NCBI GenBank assembly: GCA_012520975.1
Contig: JAAYNF010000033.1
Coordinates: forward strand, 501-64,500
Length of the DNA stretch: 64,000 nucleotides
Direction: 5' to 3'
Origin: Clostridiaceae bacterium
GTDB lineage: Bacteria > Bacillota > Clostridia > Saccharofermentanales > UBA5734
Notes under the pieces: generated by a model
Seen by the model: only the letters and a program-made list of their open reading frames with translations
Told to the model about the DNA's origin: nothing
The model's database searches: none
In this document: positions 34,678-44,998 of the stretch, in pieces
Layout of the letters: each line of letters opens with the position of its first letter
Position numbering within the stretch: position 1 is the stretch's first letter
Made by a program: the position numbers and the translations under genes

Positions 34678-35569
34678 TGTGATCGGTGTCCGTTTCCGCG
34701 GAGGCGGAAAAGCATATCATTTCAGTCCGGGAGACCATGCGGTCCAACGGGGCGAAGCCGTTATTGTCGAGACGTTCCAAGGTGTTGAGCTTGGCATAGT
34801 TTCCGAGGACATCATTGATCTTTCCGGGGATGAGCTGGTGGCTCCGCTGAAGGAAATTCTGCGCGTGGCGACCCCGGAAGATCTGGCTCAGTATGAAGCC
34901 AATAATCTGAAAGAGATCGAGGCTTTCCAGATTTGCAAAGAAAAAATTGAAAAACGCGGTCTGGAAATGCAACTGGTCAACGTTGAATATACATTCGATG
35001 GCCACAAGATTATCTTTTATTTTACGGCGGACGGTCGCGTGGATTTTAGGGAACTGGTTAAAGATCTGGCTTCACAGTTTCGTACTCGAATTGAACTGCG
35101 GCAAATTGGTGTTCGGGACGAAGCCCGTATGATTGGCGGTCTTGGCATTTGTGGCCGCGAGCTTTGCTGCAGCTCTTTTTTGCAAGATTTTGTTCCGGTT
35201 TCGATCAAAATGGCCAAGGCACAAAATCTTTCCATGAATCCGGCGAAAATTTCCGGCAACTGCGGCCGGCTGATGTGCTGTTTGAAATATGAGCAGGAGG
35301 CCTATGTTGATGCCCAATCGCGTCTTCCTCGTCCCGGTCAAGCGGTGATGACCGCTGAAGGTCAGGGAACCGTCGAGGCGGTCAATTTACTTAAGGAGAC
35401 GCTCACGATCCGGTTGGATCGTGGGGGGGAGTCCGATTTGGTCGTTCTCCCGAGCCAAGATGTGGAAAATATTGATGGTAAACCGGAGAAAAAGCGGCAG
35501 GAGAGCAATTCTGCTACCCACCAGCGGCAGCGCCGTGAAGATCCTGAGCAAACTGACGAACAGGATTGA
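34670..35569 (+). CDS. ricT: PSP1-domain protein RicT/YaaT
   Basis: VIGVRFRGGGKAYHFSPGD, FRELVKDLASQFRTRIELRQIG, GICGRELCC, CGRLMCCL. Confidence 0.88.
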   Translation: MPDVIGVRFRGGGKAYHFSPGDHAVQRGEAVIVETFQGVELGIVSEDIIDLSGDELVAPLKEILRVATPEDLAQYEANNLKEIEAFQICKEKIEKRGLEMQLVNVEYTFDGHKIIFYFTADGRVDFRELVKDLASQFRTRIELRQIGVRDEARMIGGLGICGRELCCSSFLQDFVPVSIKMAKAQNLSMNPAKISGNCGRLMCCLKYEQEAYVDAQSRLPRPGQAVMTAEGQGTVEAVNLLKETLTIRLDRGGESDLVVLPSQDVENIDGKPEKKRQESNSATHQRQRREDPEQTDEQD

Positions 35570-35623
35570 CCCGAGCAAATCGCAGCAAAAAACCGGCTTG
35601 CTCTTAACCCGATGAGGTGATAG

Positions 35624-35821
<198 letters not shown>

Positions 35822-35844
35822 GTCGGTCAATAATCGTACAAGAG

Positions 35845-35876
35845 AGGGAAGGCAGTGGCTTTCCCTTTTTCTTTTT
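35845..35876 (+). terminator. Rho-independent terminator after the ferredoxin gene
   Basis: AGGGAA-10 nt loop-TTCCCT followed by TTTTCTTTTT. Confidence 0.6.
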
Positions 35877-35928
35877 ACAGAAAAGGGCAAGATGTGTATT
35901 TCTGTAAAAACATACGGGGGTTTAGAAT

Positions 35929-36876
35929 ATGAGCCAAAATCAAAACAGCGGCTCTTGGTCACGAAACGGTCAAGCGTTTGAATTTACGGTGCAGCCGGGA
36001 ACGCTTTATCTGGTCGGAACTCCGATCGGCAATCTGGGAGATTTTTCGCCACGGGCGGCGGCGGTATTAGCCAATGTTGACTTGATCGCCGCTGAAGACA
36101 CCCGCCATACGCTGCGTTTGTTGAATCATTTTGGTATCCGTAAGCACATGGAAAGCTACCACGAGCATAATTGGGCGGCAAAGACGCCGGTCCTGATTGA
36201 TTTGCTGCAGAAAGGAAGCAGTCTGGCTTTGGTTTCAGATGCCGGCATGCCCTGCATATCGGATCCCGGATATGAGCTGGTTGGCCGGTGCGTTGAGCTG
36301 CAAATACCGGTCACGGTTGTCCCGGGTCCCAGTGCGGCCTTGACAGGGCTGGCGGCCTCCGGCCTTTCAACGGAGCGCTTTATGTTTGAAGGGTTTATTC
36401 CGGCCACGGGTAGGTTGCGCAAGGAAAGAATTGCTGAGATTGCAGCGCAAAAATACACCAGCGTGATCTATGAAGCGCCTCATAGACTGTTGAGGACGTT
36501 GGAGGACTTCGCCGCCGCCGGTCTTTCCGCGCGTCGGATGACCGTGGCGCGTGAGTTGACCAAGTGGCATGAGGAATTCTTAAGATTGACGGTCGGTGAT
36601 CTCATTCATTGGTACCGTGAGAAGACGCCAAGAGGTGAGTATGTCCTTGTTCTGGAGGGACTGGTCGCATTTCAGCAGCGGTTTGAGGGAGATGGCCCGG
36701 TGGAGTCGACATCCGGCCAAGAACCATCGGCAGAAAATTTGGTCACGGTCCTGCTTGAACTGGCTCGAGCGGCCAACCTGACGATAAAAGATGCGGTTCG
36801 TATTTGTGTCGAGCAAACGGGTATGAGCCGAAATGATGTCTATCAACAGGCCTTGGAACTCTGGCGCGATATGTGA
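35929..36876 (+). CDS. rsmI: 16S rRNA (cytidine1402-2'-O)-methyltransferase
   Basis: GTLYLVGTPIGNLGDFSPRA, IAAEDTRHT, SDAGMPCISDPG. Confidence 0.9.
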   Translation: MSQNQNSGSWSRNGQAFEFTVQPGTLYLVGTPIGNLGDFSPRAAAVLANVDLIAAEDTRHTLRLLNHFGIRKHMESYHEHNWAAKTPVLIDLLQKGSSLALVSDAGMPCISDPGYELVGRCVELQIPVTVVPGPSAALTGLAASGLSTERFMFEGFIPATGRLRKERIAEIAAQKYTSVIYEAPHRLLRTLEDFAAAGLSARRMTVARELTKWHEEFLRLTVGDLIHWYREKTPRGEYVLVLEGLVAFQQRFEGDGPVESTSGQEPSAENLVTVLLELARAANLTIKDAVRICVEQTGMSRNDVYQQALELWRDM

Positions 36877-36945
36877 CAGAAAAAAACTTTCATTGTATAA
36901 TGGTTTGACTCTTTATTCAGTTTTCATCCAGGAGGATGTTCCTTT

Positions 36946-38919
36946 ATGAAGCCAACTTACTACATCACAACTCCGATTTACTATCCCAGCGGCAAGCTGC
37001 ATATCGGTCATTCTTATACCACTGTTGCGGCGGATGTCATGGCTCGCTACAAGCGTCTTGCCGGCTATGACGTTATGTTCCTGACCGGAACGGACGAACA
37101 TGGGCAGAAAATACAACGCGTGGCTGAGTCTTGCGGCGTGACGCCGCAAGTGTATGTAGATGAAATCGTATTCGGAATCAAAGATCTCTGGAAACTGTTG
37201 AATATCTCTTATGACCGTTTTATCCGAACCACGGACGAGGACCATTACCGGGCCATTCAGCATATTTTTCAGACTTTGTACGACCAAGGTGATATCTATA
37301 AGAGCCAATACGAGGGCTGGTACTGTACACCCTGTGAATCGTTCTGGACCGAAACTCAGCTGGACAACGGAAAATGTCCGGACTGTGGACGAGAGGTCGA
37401 GCTGACCTGCGAGGAAAGCTATTTTTTCCGTCTGTCAAAATATACCCAAGCGTTGATCGATCTCTTTGAGAACAATCCTGACTTTGTACAACCGGTCAGC
37501 CGGGCCAACGAAATGCTGCAAAACTTTTTGCGTCCCGGCTTGGAAGATCTTTGCGTCTCGCGCACGACCTTTGACTGGGGAGTCAAGGTTCCATTTGATT
37601 CCGAGCATGTTGTTTACGTCTGGATCGATGCGCTTTCCAACTATATTACGGCCTTGGGATACCCCGACCAAAAGAATGATTTTCATCGTTTTTGGCCGGC
37701 GGACGTCCATCTGGTCGGCAAAGAAATCGTCCGCTTTCATACCATTATCTGGCCGGCCATGTTGATGGCGCTGGGTCTGCCGGTGCCCAAGCAGATCTAT
37801 GGACATGGATGGCTGCTCTTCAAAGACGGTAAAATGTCCAAGTCCAAAGGCAATGTTATTGATCCGGTTTTTCTTTGCCAAAAATACAGTGTGGATGCCA
37901 TTCGCTATTTTTTGCTACGTGAAGTTCCGTTCGGATCTGACGGAATTTTCTCCAACGAAGCGCTGATCAATCGCATTAACGCCGATCTGGCAAACGATCT
38001 GGGCAACTTGGTCAGTCGCACCGTGGCGATGATCGAAAAATATTTTCCCGAGGGGCTGCCGGCGGATTCGACTCCCGCTTTCCCCGATGAAGAATTAATT
38101 GTTGCGTGCAAGGAGTTGCCCGGCCGAGTGGAAGGGTGGCTGGAAAAACTTCAGTTCAGTCAGGCGTTGGCCGAGATCTGGAAAGTTGTCGGTCGTAGCA
38201 ACAAATATATCGACGACACGACGCCTTGGATTTTGGCCCGTTCACCGGAACAAACCTCCCGGCTGGGTACGGTTCTGTTTAATTTGGCTGAATCCATCAG
38301 GATCATCGGGATTCTTCTCGAGCCGTTCATGCCCTCAACGCCGGCCAAAATCCACGCCATGCTCGGTGTGGACGATCCGGCGCTTCGTACTTGGCGGTCG
38401 GCGACGACCTTTGGTCTTTATCGGACCTCCGGCGGTGTGGTCAAGGACGCCCCGCTTTTCCCGCGCATTGATATCGCCAAGGAAATTGCGGAACTGGATG
38501 CCATCTTGGCTGCCCAGCAGCAGGCCGCCGCTACCTCCGCCGCGCCTGTCGAAGCGGATCCGGAGCCCCCGGCGCAAGCCGAAACCGAAGGTGTGGCCTT
38601 GATTGAGTTTGCCGATTTTCTCAAAATAAATCTTCAGGTCGGGACGGTGATCTCTTGCGAAAAAGTAAAGGGATCGGACAAGCTTCTTTGCTCGCAAATC
38701 GACATGGGTGGCGAAATTCGTCAGATTGTGTCCGGCATTGCCCAGTCTTATCAGCCGGAGGAGCTGCCGGGCCGTCAGGTTATTGTCGTCAGCAATCTTC
38801 ATCCCCGTAAAATCCGAGGGGTGGAGTCCAATGGCATGCTTTTGTGCGCTACGACAAAAGAAGGCTATCGGCTGTTGACGGTTGATGACCCGGTGCCGGC
38901 CGGATCCGAGGTGGGCTAA
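36946..38919 (+). CDS. metG: Methionine--tRNA ligase with a C-terminal tRNA-binding domain
   Basis: HIGH-type motif KLHIGHSYT, a zinc knuckle CPDCG, KMSKSKGN, and a C-terminal Trbp111/EMAP-like domain (LKINLQVGTVISCEKV). Confidence 0.95.
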   Translation: MKPTYYITTPIYYPSGKLHIGHSYTTVAADVMARYKRLAGYDVMFLTGTDEHGQKIQRVAESCGVTPQVYVDEIVFGIKDLWKLLNISYDRFIRTTDEDHYRAIQHIFQTLYDQGDIYKSQYEGWYCTPCESFWTETQLDNGKCPDCGREVELTCEESYFFRLSKYTQALIDLFENNPDFVQPVSRANEMLQNFLRPGLEDLCVSRTTFDWGVKVPFDSEHVVYVWIDALSNYITALGYPDQKNDFHRFWPADVHLVGKEIVRFHTIIWPAMLMALGLPVPKQIYGHGWLLFKDGKMSKSKGNVIDPVFLCQKYSVDAIRYFLLREVPFGSDGIFSNEALINRINADLANDLGNLVSRTVAMIEKYFPEGLPADSTPAFPDEELIVACKELPGRVEGWLEKLQFSQALAEIWKVVGRSNKYIDDTTPWILARSPEQTSRLGTVLFNLAESIRIIGILLEPFMPSTPAKIHAMLGVDDPALRTWRSATTFGLYRTSGGVVKDAPLFPRIDIAKEIAELDAILAAQQQAAATSAAPVEADPEPPAQAETEGVALIEFADFLKINLQVGTVISCEKVKGSDKLLCSQIDMGGEIRQIVSGIAQSYQPEELPGRQVIVVSNLHPRKIRGVESNGMLLCATTKEGYRLLTVDDPVPAGSEVG

Positions 38920-38921
38920 AT

Positions 38922-39752
38922 ATGCAATGGTTTGATTCCCATGCCCATCTCCAAGACAGAGCATTTGCTTCGGATCTTGATGCTGTTTTGGCAAGAGCGC
39001 TTGCCGCCGGTGTCACACGAATCATCCTGCCGGCTTCGGATCACATTGATTCGCAAAGGGCTCTGTCTTTGGCCGGGCGGTACAGAGGGCAGGAAAACGG
39101 TTCCGGTGGCGCAATTCGTTTGTGGACATCCATTGGCTGCCATCCTCATGAAGCGTCAAAATACGGCCCGGATGGAACAGAACGCCTGCGCCGGATGATT
39201 ACGCCCGAAAGCCGGCCGTTGATCGTTGCGATCGGCGAAACGGGTTTAGACTATCACTACGATCATTCGCCCCGCCACGTCCAACGAGAGGTTTTTCGCC
39301 AACAACTTGATCTGGCATATGCGTTGGACCTGCCTCTGATTATTCATGAGCGTGAGGCCACAGCCGACTGTCTCAAGATTTTGCGTCAACAGGCCGATGC
39401 CGGCCGCCTTCACGAATCGCCCGGTGTTTTTCATTGCTTTTCCGGCAGTCCGGAGACGGCGGCCGTCGTGCGGAAAATGGGTTTTTTCATCGGTATTGAT
39501 GGGCCGGTCACCTACAAAAATGCCCGAAAAACCTTAGATGTGGTTCGGCAATGCTCGACCGATCGGCTACTTTTGGAAACCGACAGCCCTTATTTGACAC
39601 CGGTGCCCAAGCGTGGTCAGCGGAATGAACCGGCTAATCTACCGCTGATCGGGCAAAAAGTGGCCGAACTTTGGGGCATGACCCAAACTGAGGTTGCCCG
39701 GTTGACCTTTGACAATGCTTGCCGTGCGTTCCGGCTGGCGGATATTGATTAG
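38922..39752 (+). CDS. TatD-family metal-dependent hydrolase
   Basis: FDSHAHLQD, IGETGLDYHY, IHEREA, LLETDSPYL. Confidence 0.9.
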   Translation: MQWFDSHAHLQDRAFASDLDAVLARALAAGVTRIILPASDHIDSQRALSLAGRYRGQENGSGGAIRLWTSIGCHPHEASKYGPDGTERLRRMITPESRPLIVAIGETGLDYHYDHSPRHVQREVFRQQLDLAYALDLPLIIHEREATADCLKILRQQADAGRLHESPGVFHCFSGSPETAAVVRKMGFFIGIDGPVTYKNARKTLDVVRQCSTDRLLLETDSPYLTPVPKRGQRNEPANLPLIGQKVAELWGMTQTEVARLTFDNACRAFRLADID

Positions 39753-39768
39753 CAAAAACAAGGGCGGT

Positions 39769-39839
39769 TTGAGGCGCGGTGGCAACAAAAATTTGAGGCG
39801 CGGTCACATTGAGGCGCGGTTGAGGCGCGTTGAGGCGCG
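39769..39839. repeat. Five direct copies of TTGAGGCGCG
   Basis: Copies at 39769-39778, 39793-39802, 39809-39818, 39820-39829 and 39830-39839, with start-to-start spacings of 24, 16, 11 and 10 nt. They lie between the tatD stop and the tRNA-operon promoter. Confidence 0.9.
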
Positions 39840-39855
39840 GTCGCGACAAAAATTG

Positions 39856-39884
39856 TTGACAAGCTTATTTTGATGGATTATACT
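39856..39884 (+). promoter_or_regulatory. Near-consensus sigma-A promoter of the tRNA operon
   Basis: TTGACA (39856-39861), a 17-nt spacer, then TATACT (39879-39884), 30 nt before tRNA-Val. Confidence 0.7.
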
Positions 39885-39913
39885 TTCATTTGCGCTCGTG
39901 CCATGAGCGACAC

Positions 39914-39989
39914 GGGAGCTTAGCTCAGCTGGGAGAGCATCTGCCTTACAAGCAGGGGGTCACAGGTTCGAGTCCTGTAGCTCCCACCA
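39914..39989 (+). tRNA. tRNA-Val (anticodon UAC)
   Basis: A 76-nt cloverleaf: acceptor GGGAGCT/AGCTCCC, anticodon stem TCTGC/GCAGG with loop CTTACAA, T loop TTCGAGT, and an encoded CCA. Confidence 0.93.
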
Positions 39990-40003
39990 ATATTCAGGTA
40001 TAC

Positions 40004-40080
40004 GGCGCAGTAGTTCAGCCGGTTAGAATGCCAGCCTGTCACGCTGGAGGTCGAGGGTTCGAGTCCCTTCTGCGTCGCCA
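40004..40080 (+). tRNA. tRNA-Asp (anticodon GUC)
   Basis: A 77-nt cloverleaf: acceptor GGCGCAG/CTGCGTC, anticodon stem CCAGC/GCTGG with loop CTGTCAC, and an encoded CCA. Confidence 0.93.
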
Positions 40081-40084
40081 ACAA

Positions 40085-40160
40085 GCCCAGATAGCTCAGT
40101 CGGTAGAGCAGTGGACTGAAAATCCACGTGTCGCTGGTTCGATTCCTGCTCTGGGCACCA
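40085..40160 (+). tRNA. tRNA-Phe (anticodon GAA)
   Basis: A 76-nt cloverleaf: acceptor GCCCAGA/TCTGGGC, anticodon stem GTGGA/TCCAC with loop CTGAAAA, and an encoded CCA. Confidence 0.93.
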
Positions 40161-40166
40161 AATGAA

Positions 40167-40192
40167 GCCTGCATGGCGTGTGGGCTTTTTTT
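40167..40192 (+). terminator. Rho-independent terminator after the tRNA operon
   Basis: GCCTGCA-TGGCG-TGTGGGC (with G-U pairs) followed by TTTTTTT. Confidence 0.65.
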
Positions 40193-40242
40193 GTGCCATT
40201 GGTGTAATTTGTTGTAGATTTCGCAATCAGGGAGGATCTCTT

Positions 40243-42963
40243 ATGCCAAATCAAGCATATATGGAAACTCGCGACCAGATAGCCAAGCGCCTGATGACCG
40301 ATGGGGAAATTGGCTTGACCACCTCTGAAGCGCGAGCCCGTTTGGAACAGTATGGCTTTAATTCCTTACAAGAAAAGAAAAAGCAAACGATCTGGAGCAA
40401 ATTGTTAAATCAGTTTAAAGATGCCATGGTGCTGATTTTGATTGCCGCTGCGCTGATATCCGGTTTTCTGGCCGAATGGATCGATGCGGCTGTTATTCTC
40501 GCCATTGTCGTGATCAATGCTGTCTTGGGACTGATTCAGGAGGGCCGTGCCGAGAAGGCGATAGAAGCGCTGAAAAAAATGACCTCCCCCCAAGCTCGTG
40601 TCATTCGGGACGGTGAGCTGCAGATTATCGAAGCGGCTCAATTGGTTCCGGGGGATCTGATTGTTCTTGAAGCCGGCGATATTGTTCCGGCGGATATTCG
40701 TCTGTTTGAATCATCTGCAATGACCGCGGACGAAGCGTCCCTGACCGGTGAGTCGGTTCCCGTACGAAAAGATGCCGCCGAAACCTATGTCGATACCATG
40801 CAACTCGGTGACCGCCACAACATGGTTTTTATGAGCACGCCGATCACCAGCGGCCGCGGTCGTGGCGTGGTCATTGCGACCGGCAGTCAGACAATCATCG
40901 GTGGCATTGCCGACAGGCTCCAAGAAATCAAGGAAGAAGAAACGCCGCTGCAGCGCAATCTGAACCAGCTTGGCAAATGGCTGGGGATCGTCTGTATTGC
41001 CGTGTGCGCCATCGTTTTTTTGCAAGGCATTTTGATGGGCGGCGAGTTTTTGACCATGTTTATGACCGCTGTCAGCTTGGCTGTAGCGGCCATTCCGGAA
41101 GGTCTGCCGGCTGTGGTGACAATTGTTCTGGCGCTGGGCATGAAGCGAATGGCGGATCGGAACGCCATCGTTAAAAAGCTTTTAGCCGTTGAAACATTGG
41201 GTTCGGTGGATGTGATTTGTTCAGACAAAACCGGAACGCTGACTCAAAACGAAATGATGGTCACTCGTTTGTACGTTCCTGAGCGGTTGATCGAAGTTGA
41301 CGGGCAAGGCTACACGCCGGAAGGCAACCTGATTGACAGCTCCGACGGGCAACCGCTTGAGGCTCCTGATCAGGGCGTGATCGGCTTTTTGCTGAAAATC
41401 GGCGGCCTATGCAATGATGCCCGCTTGGTCGAGCGAGATGGCGTTTACGCCATTATCGGCGATCCGACAGAAGGCGCCTTGGTTGTCGCGGCCGCAAAAG
41501 CCGGTCTCGGGCAAAACGACCTTCAGAAGCAGTATCCTCGTGTAGAGGATCTGCCTTTTGACTCCAAGCGCAAGATGATGTCGACCTGTCACACCAGCTT
41601 TGGTGAGGCACCGGTCGTTTCGTTGACCAAGGGTGCGCCGGACATAATATTGAGTCGTTGCAGCCAATGGATGAGCGATGACGGTCCGCAACCAATGACC
41701 GAAGAGCTTCGCCAAACAATTTTCGATGTCAATCGACAATTGGCGTCCTCCGCGCTTCGGGTTCTCGCTTTCGCCTGCAAATACCACGATGGGGATGTTG
41801 AAAATGCCGAAGAAGATTTGATTTTTGTCGGCCTGATGGGCATGATCGATCCGGCGCGCCCCGAAGCCCGCGATGCGGTTACGCTATGCACTCGGGCCGG
41901 TATCCGTGCCGTCATGATAACCGGAGACTATCTGGATACGGCTGTCGCCATCGCCAATGACCTTGGCATGATAAAATCCGGAGACCGGGTCCTGACAGGC
42001 GCAGAGCTGGATGCCATGTCTGATGAAGATCTGATTCAAGCCGTTGAGACAACGGCTGTTTATGCCAGAGTTTCCCCGGATCATAAGGTCAGAATTGTCA
42101 ACGCGTTGCGCCAAAACGGTCACATTGCATCCATGACCGGAGATGGCGTCAACGATGCGCTGGCCTTGAAAAGTGCTGATATCGGCGTGGCCATGGGGAT
42201 AACCGGCACCGATGTCGCCAAGGGCACCGCCGATATGATCCTGACCGATGATAATTTTGCGACCATTGTTGCGGCTGTCAAAGAAGGACGGATTCTTTAC
42301 AGTAATATCCGTAAATTTGTCGGCTTTTTGCTTTCCTGTAATGTCGGCGAGATCTTGGTTATCTTTTTGGTCAGCCTGCTTATGGGGCCCGCCATGGTTC
42401 CGCTTCTGCCGATCCAGTTGCTCTGGCTGAACCTCGTGACCGACAGCTTTCCGGCGTTGGCCCTTGGTCAGGAAAAAGGGGAACCGGATATCATGGAACA
42501 AAAGCCGCGTCATCAGAAGGAGCCGATTTTGAACCGTCTCATGATCCGGACAATCATCATTCAAGCCGTTGCCATTTTCATTTCAACCTTTTCGGCTTTC
42601 CGGATCGGGCTTGCCATTTACGGTCACGGTGCCGATGGTGGCCCTTCGGACGGGGCACGCACTTTTGCCTTTGTTACATTGATTCTTGCCGAGCTTTTCC
42701 GCTCGTACAGCGCTCGCTCGGAGCGCTTGCCGGTTCTCAAGATCGGTGTATTTACAAACCCGACGCTGAACAAAGCCATTTTGTTGTCTTTGGCCCTGTT
42801 GTTGGTAGTGATCTATGTTCCGATCTTGGATCCGATTTTCCATACGATTTCTTTGGGTCTGTTGGATTGGGTGATTATTATCCCGCTGGCATTCGTACCT
42901 TTTCTGGCTGCCGAGGGGGACAAATTTTTGCGTTTGGTTCGTGAGAAAAGGCAAAACGCTTGA
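40243..42963 (+). CDS. P-type (P2) cation-transporting ATPase, Ca2+-ATPase-like
   Basis: [13 protein letters not shown] phosphorylation site, [21 protein letters not shown], and a PEGLP motif in the TM4 region. RBS GGGAGG precedes ATG 40243. Confidence 0.9.
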   Translation: MPNQAYMETRDQIAKRLMTDGEIGLTTSEARARLEQYGFNSLQEKKKQTIWSKLLNQFKDAMVLILIAAALISGFLAEWIDAAVILAIVVINAVLGLIQEGRAEKAIEALKKMTSPQARVIRDGELQIIEAAQLVPGDLIVLEAGDIVPADIRLFESSAMTADEASLTGESVPVRKDAAETYVDTMQLGDRHNMVFMSTPITSGRGRGVVIATGSQTIIGGIADRLQEIKEEETPLQRNLNQLGKWLGIVCIAVCAIVFLQGILMGGEFLTMFMTAVSLAVAAIPEGLPAVVTIVLALGMKRMADRNAIVKKLLAVETLGSVDVICSDKTGTLTQNEMMVTRLYVPERLIEVDGQGYTPEGNLIDSSDGQPLEAPDQGVIGFLLKIGGLCNDARLVERDGVYAIIGDPTEGALVVAAAKAGLGQNDLQKQYPRVEDLPFDSKRKMMSTCHTSFGEAPVVSLTKGAPDIILSRCSQWMSDDGPQPMTEELRQTIFDVNRQLASSALRVLAFACKYHDGDVENAEEDLIFVGLMGMIDPARPEARDAVTLCTRAGIRAVMITGDYLDTAVAIANDLGMIKSGDRVLTGAELDAMSDEDLIQAVETTAVYARVSPDHKVRIVNALRQNGHIASMTGDGVNDALALKSADIGVAMGITGTDVAKGTADMILTDDNFATIVAAVKEGRILYSNIRKFVGFLLSCNVGEILVIFLVSLLMGPAMVPLLPIQLLWLNLVTDSFPALALGQEKGEPDIMEQKPRHQKEPILNRLMIRTIIIQAVAIFISTFSAFRIGLAIYGHGADGGPSDGARTFAFVTLILAELFRSYSARSERLPVLKIGVFTNPTLNKAILLSLALLLVVIYVPILDPIFHTISLGLLDWVIIIPLAFVPFLAAEGDKFLRLVREKRQNA

Positions 42964-43036
42964 TAAAGCCGGTTTAATATGCTAGAATTTGCACTGCTGT
43001 GCAACGTTTTGCCAGAACGTGTTGTGGGGGTGCCTT

Positions 43037-43279
43037 ATGGAAGTTGTTGCCATTATTATATCCATTATCGACATTCTGATTTGTCTCGCCTTAATCGGAT
43101 TGGTTATTCTTCAGGAAGGCCATTCAAAAGGACTGGGTATAATTGGTGGCGGTGCGGAAACTTTTTTGGGCAAAAGCAAAGGGCGAACCATCGATGCCAA
43201 GCTGAAGCGTTTTACGACCGTAGCGGCGATCGCCTTTGCTGTTCTGACGATTGTGCTCTATCTGTTGACCGGCCGTTGA
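43037..43279 (+). CDS. secG: Preprotein translocase subunit SecG
   Basis: An 80-aa two-TM protein with LVILQEGHSKGLGIIGGGAETFLG. Confidence 0.85.
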   Translation: MEVVAIIISIIDILICLALIGLVILQEGHSKGLGIIGGGAETFLGKSKGRTIDAKLKRFTTVAAIAFAVLTIVLYLLTGR

Positions 43280-43315
43280 CCCGAATGGAACCAGAGCTGC
43301 TCATTCACATTAATT

Positions 43316-43342
43316 GGGGCATCTGCGCGGTGCCCCTTTTCT
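43316..43342 (+). terminator. Rho-independent terminator after secG
   Basis: GGGGCA-9 nt loop-TGCCCC followed by TTTTCT. Confidence 0.65.
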
Positions 43343-43375
43343 AATTAACCGACACAAAAAACAGCAGGAGACATC

Positions 43376-44998
43376 ATGAGCAATCAGCTTAATAAAAGTC
43401 AGGTAGAATTGGCGTGGCCCTCTGAATTTCCCTATGCGGTGCTTGCCGAAGCAGCGGCTTTGGGTTCGGATCCAACCTCCGATCAGATCGAGGCTGAGAT
43501 CGCTGCCGGCCGACATGATTTTCGAAATCGCCGGACAATAACCATTGATGATGAAGACGCCAAGGATCTGGACGATGCCGTTGACATTCAAGCATTGCCG
43601 GGTGGAGGTTTGCGACTGGGCGTTCATATCGCGGATGTGTCACACTATGTTGGCGACGGCGGCCTCCTGGATCAGGAAGCCCGGCGCAGGGGAACCAGCG
43701 TGTACCCAGTCGGCCGTGTTATTCCGATGCTTCCGCCCGGTTTATCCAACGGCATTTGCAGCCTCAATCCCGGATGTGACCGCCTGACACTAAGTGTCAT
43801 TCTGACCTTTGACGCAAATGGCGTTGTTGAGGACGGCCAGATTGTGGAATCGATCATTCGCAGCAAGGCTCGCACAACCTACACTGTGGTTGAGCAGGTG
43901 CTGTCTCAGGGCGACGAGCAGCCCGCCGGACCTTTTCCTGAGTTTAATTCGGATCTTGGTCTTATGCAGCAACTGGCAATTAAACTGAAAGCCCGGCGCC
44001 GTCAGCGAGGCGCCATCAATTTTGATTTTCCGGAAACTTATATTGAACTATCGGACGATGGCAAACCCATTGACATACGACCTTATCCGGCCGGTCAAGC
44101 CAATGAGTTGATTGAATCTTTTATGATCGCCGCCAATGAATACATTGCCCGCCAATTTTATTTTACCGGTGTTCCTTTTGTTTATCGTGTCCATGAACAA
44201 CCGGACCGGGAAAAGCTGACTCGATTTCTGAAGATGGCGGCGGTCTTTGGAGTGAAAGCTCGTATTCGCGGTACGGCCACTCCGGGTCAATTGGCCGGTG
44301 TTTTGGAACAAGTGCGCCATGAAAACTATGGCCCGGCTTTGGCCGAGTTGTTGCTTCGTTCATTGGCCAAAGCCCGATACGCGCCGAAAAATCTCGGTCA
44401 TTTTGGTTTGGCATCCGAATACTACTGCCATTTTACCGCTCCTATTCGTCGCTATCCGGATCTGTTTATCCATCGCGTAATCAAAGCTCGGCTCAAGACC
44501 GGACACATCAAGAAATCTTGGCGGGAGGCAACGCCTTTGATTGCCGAACAAAGCTCCGAGGCTGAACGGTTGGCCATGCAGATCGAGCGGGATTCCGTTG
44601 CCGAAAAAATGGCCGAGTATATGCTCGACAAGCTGGGTGAAATCTACGATGGCGTTATTTCAGGATTTGGACCCGCCGGGATCTATGTCCGGTTGGCCAG
44701 CACAATCGAGGGGCTGATTCCTTACCGCTCCCTTGATGATTATTACATTTATGACGAGGAGCAGCTCAGAGCCGCGACTCGAAGCGGTGCTCGTTCTTTT
44801 TCCATCGGTGACCAGGTGCGTGTACAAGTCGCTCGAGCCGATGTGGACCAGCGGCAAATTGATTTTGAATTGCTGTCTTCTGTCGACCCGCCCAAAGCAA
44901 AAGTTTCCAAGCAAAAGTCCGTACCCGGCAAAGTCAAAACCGGCCGGGAAAAATCCCGGAAAACCGCCGGACGCGGCCGACGCAAACGGCTTAGATGA
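43376..44998 (+). CDS. rnr: RNase II/R-family 3'-5' exoribonuclease (RNB + S1 + basic tail), without N-terminal cold-shock domains
   Basis: The RNB motifs start ~50 aa from the N-terminus (TIDDEDAKDLDDAV), then HIADVSHYV, RGTSVY, and HFGL..YCHFTAPIRRYPD. The S1 domain is GVISGFGPAGIYVRL and the C-terminus is K/R-rich. Confidence 0.88.
   Translation: MSNQLNKSQVELAWPSEFPYAVLAEAAALGSDPTSDQIEAEIAAGRHDFRNRRTITIDDEDAKDLDDAVDIQALPGGGLRLGVHIADVSHYVGDGGLLDQEARRRGTSVYPVGRVIPMLPPGLSNGICSLNPGCDRLTLSVILTFDANGVVEDGQIVESIIRSKARTTYTVVEQVLSQGDEQPAGPFPEFNSDLGLMQQLAIKLKARRRQRGAINFDFPETYIELSDDGKPIDIRPYPAGQANELIESFMIAANEYIARQFYFTGVPFVYRVHEQPDREKLTRFLKMAAVFGVKARIRGTATPGQLAGVLEQVRHENYGPALAELLLRSLAKARYAPKNLGHFGLASEYYCHFTAPIRRYPDLFIHRVIKARLKTGHIKKSWREATPLIAEQSSEAERLAMQIERDSVAEKMAEYMLDKLGEIYDGVISGFGPAGIYVRLASTIEGLIPYRSLDDYYIYDEEQLRAATRSGARSFSIGDQVRVQVARADVDQRQIDFELLSSVDPPKAKVSKQKSVPGKVKTGREKSRKTAGRGRRKRLR

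Noticed and set aside
36877-36945. A T-box leader upstream of metG
   Set aside because: Only 69 nt separate rsmI from metG. That is far too short for a T-box riboswitch, and no specifier or antiterminator structure is visible.
39769-39839. Possible CRISPR array, because of the repeated TTGAGGCGCG units
   Set aside because: The repeats are only 10 nt, the gaps between them are 0-14 nt and irregular, and no cas genes or leader are present. It was kept as a promoter-proximal repeat instead.
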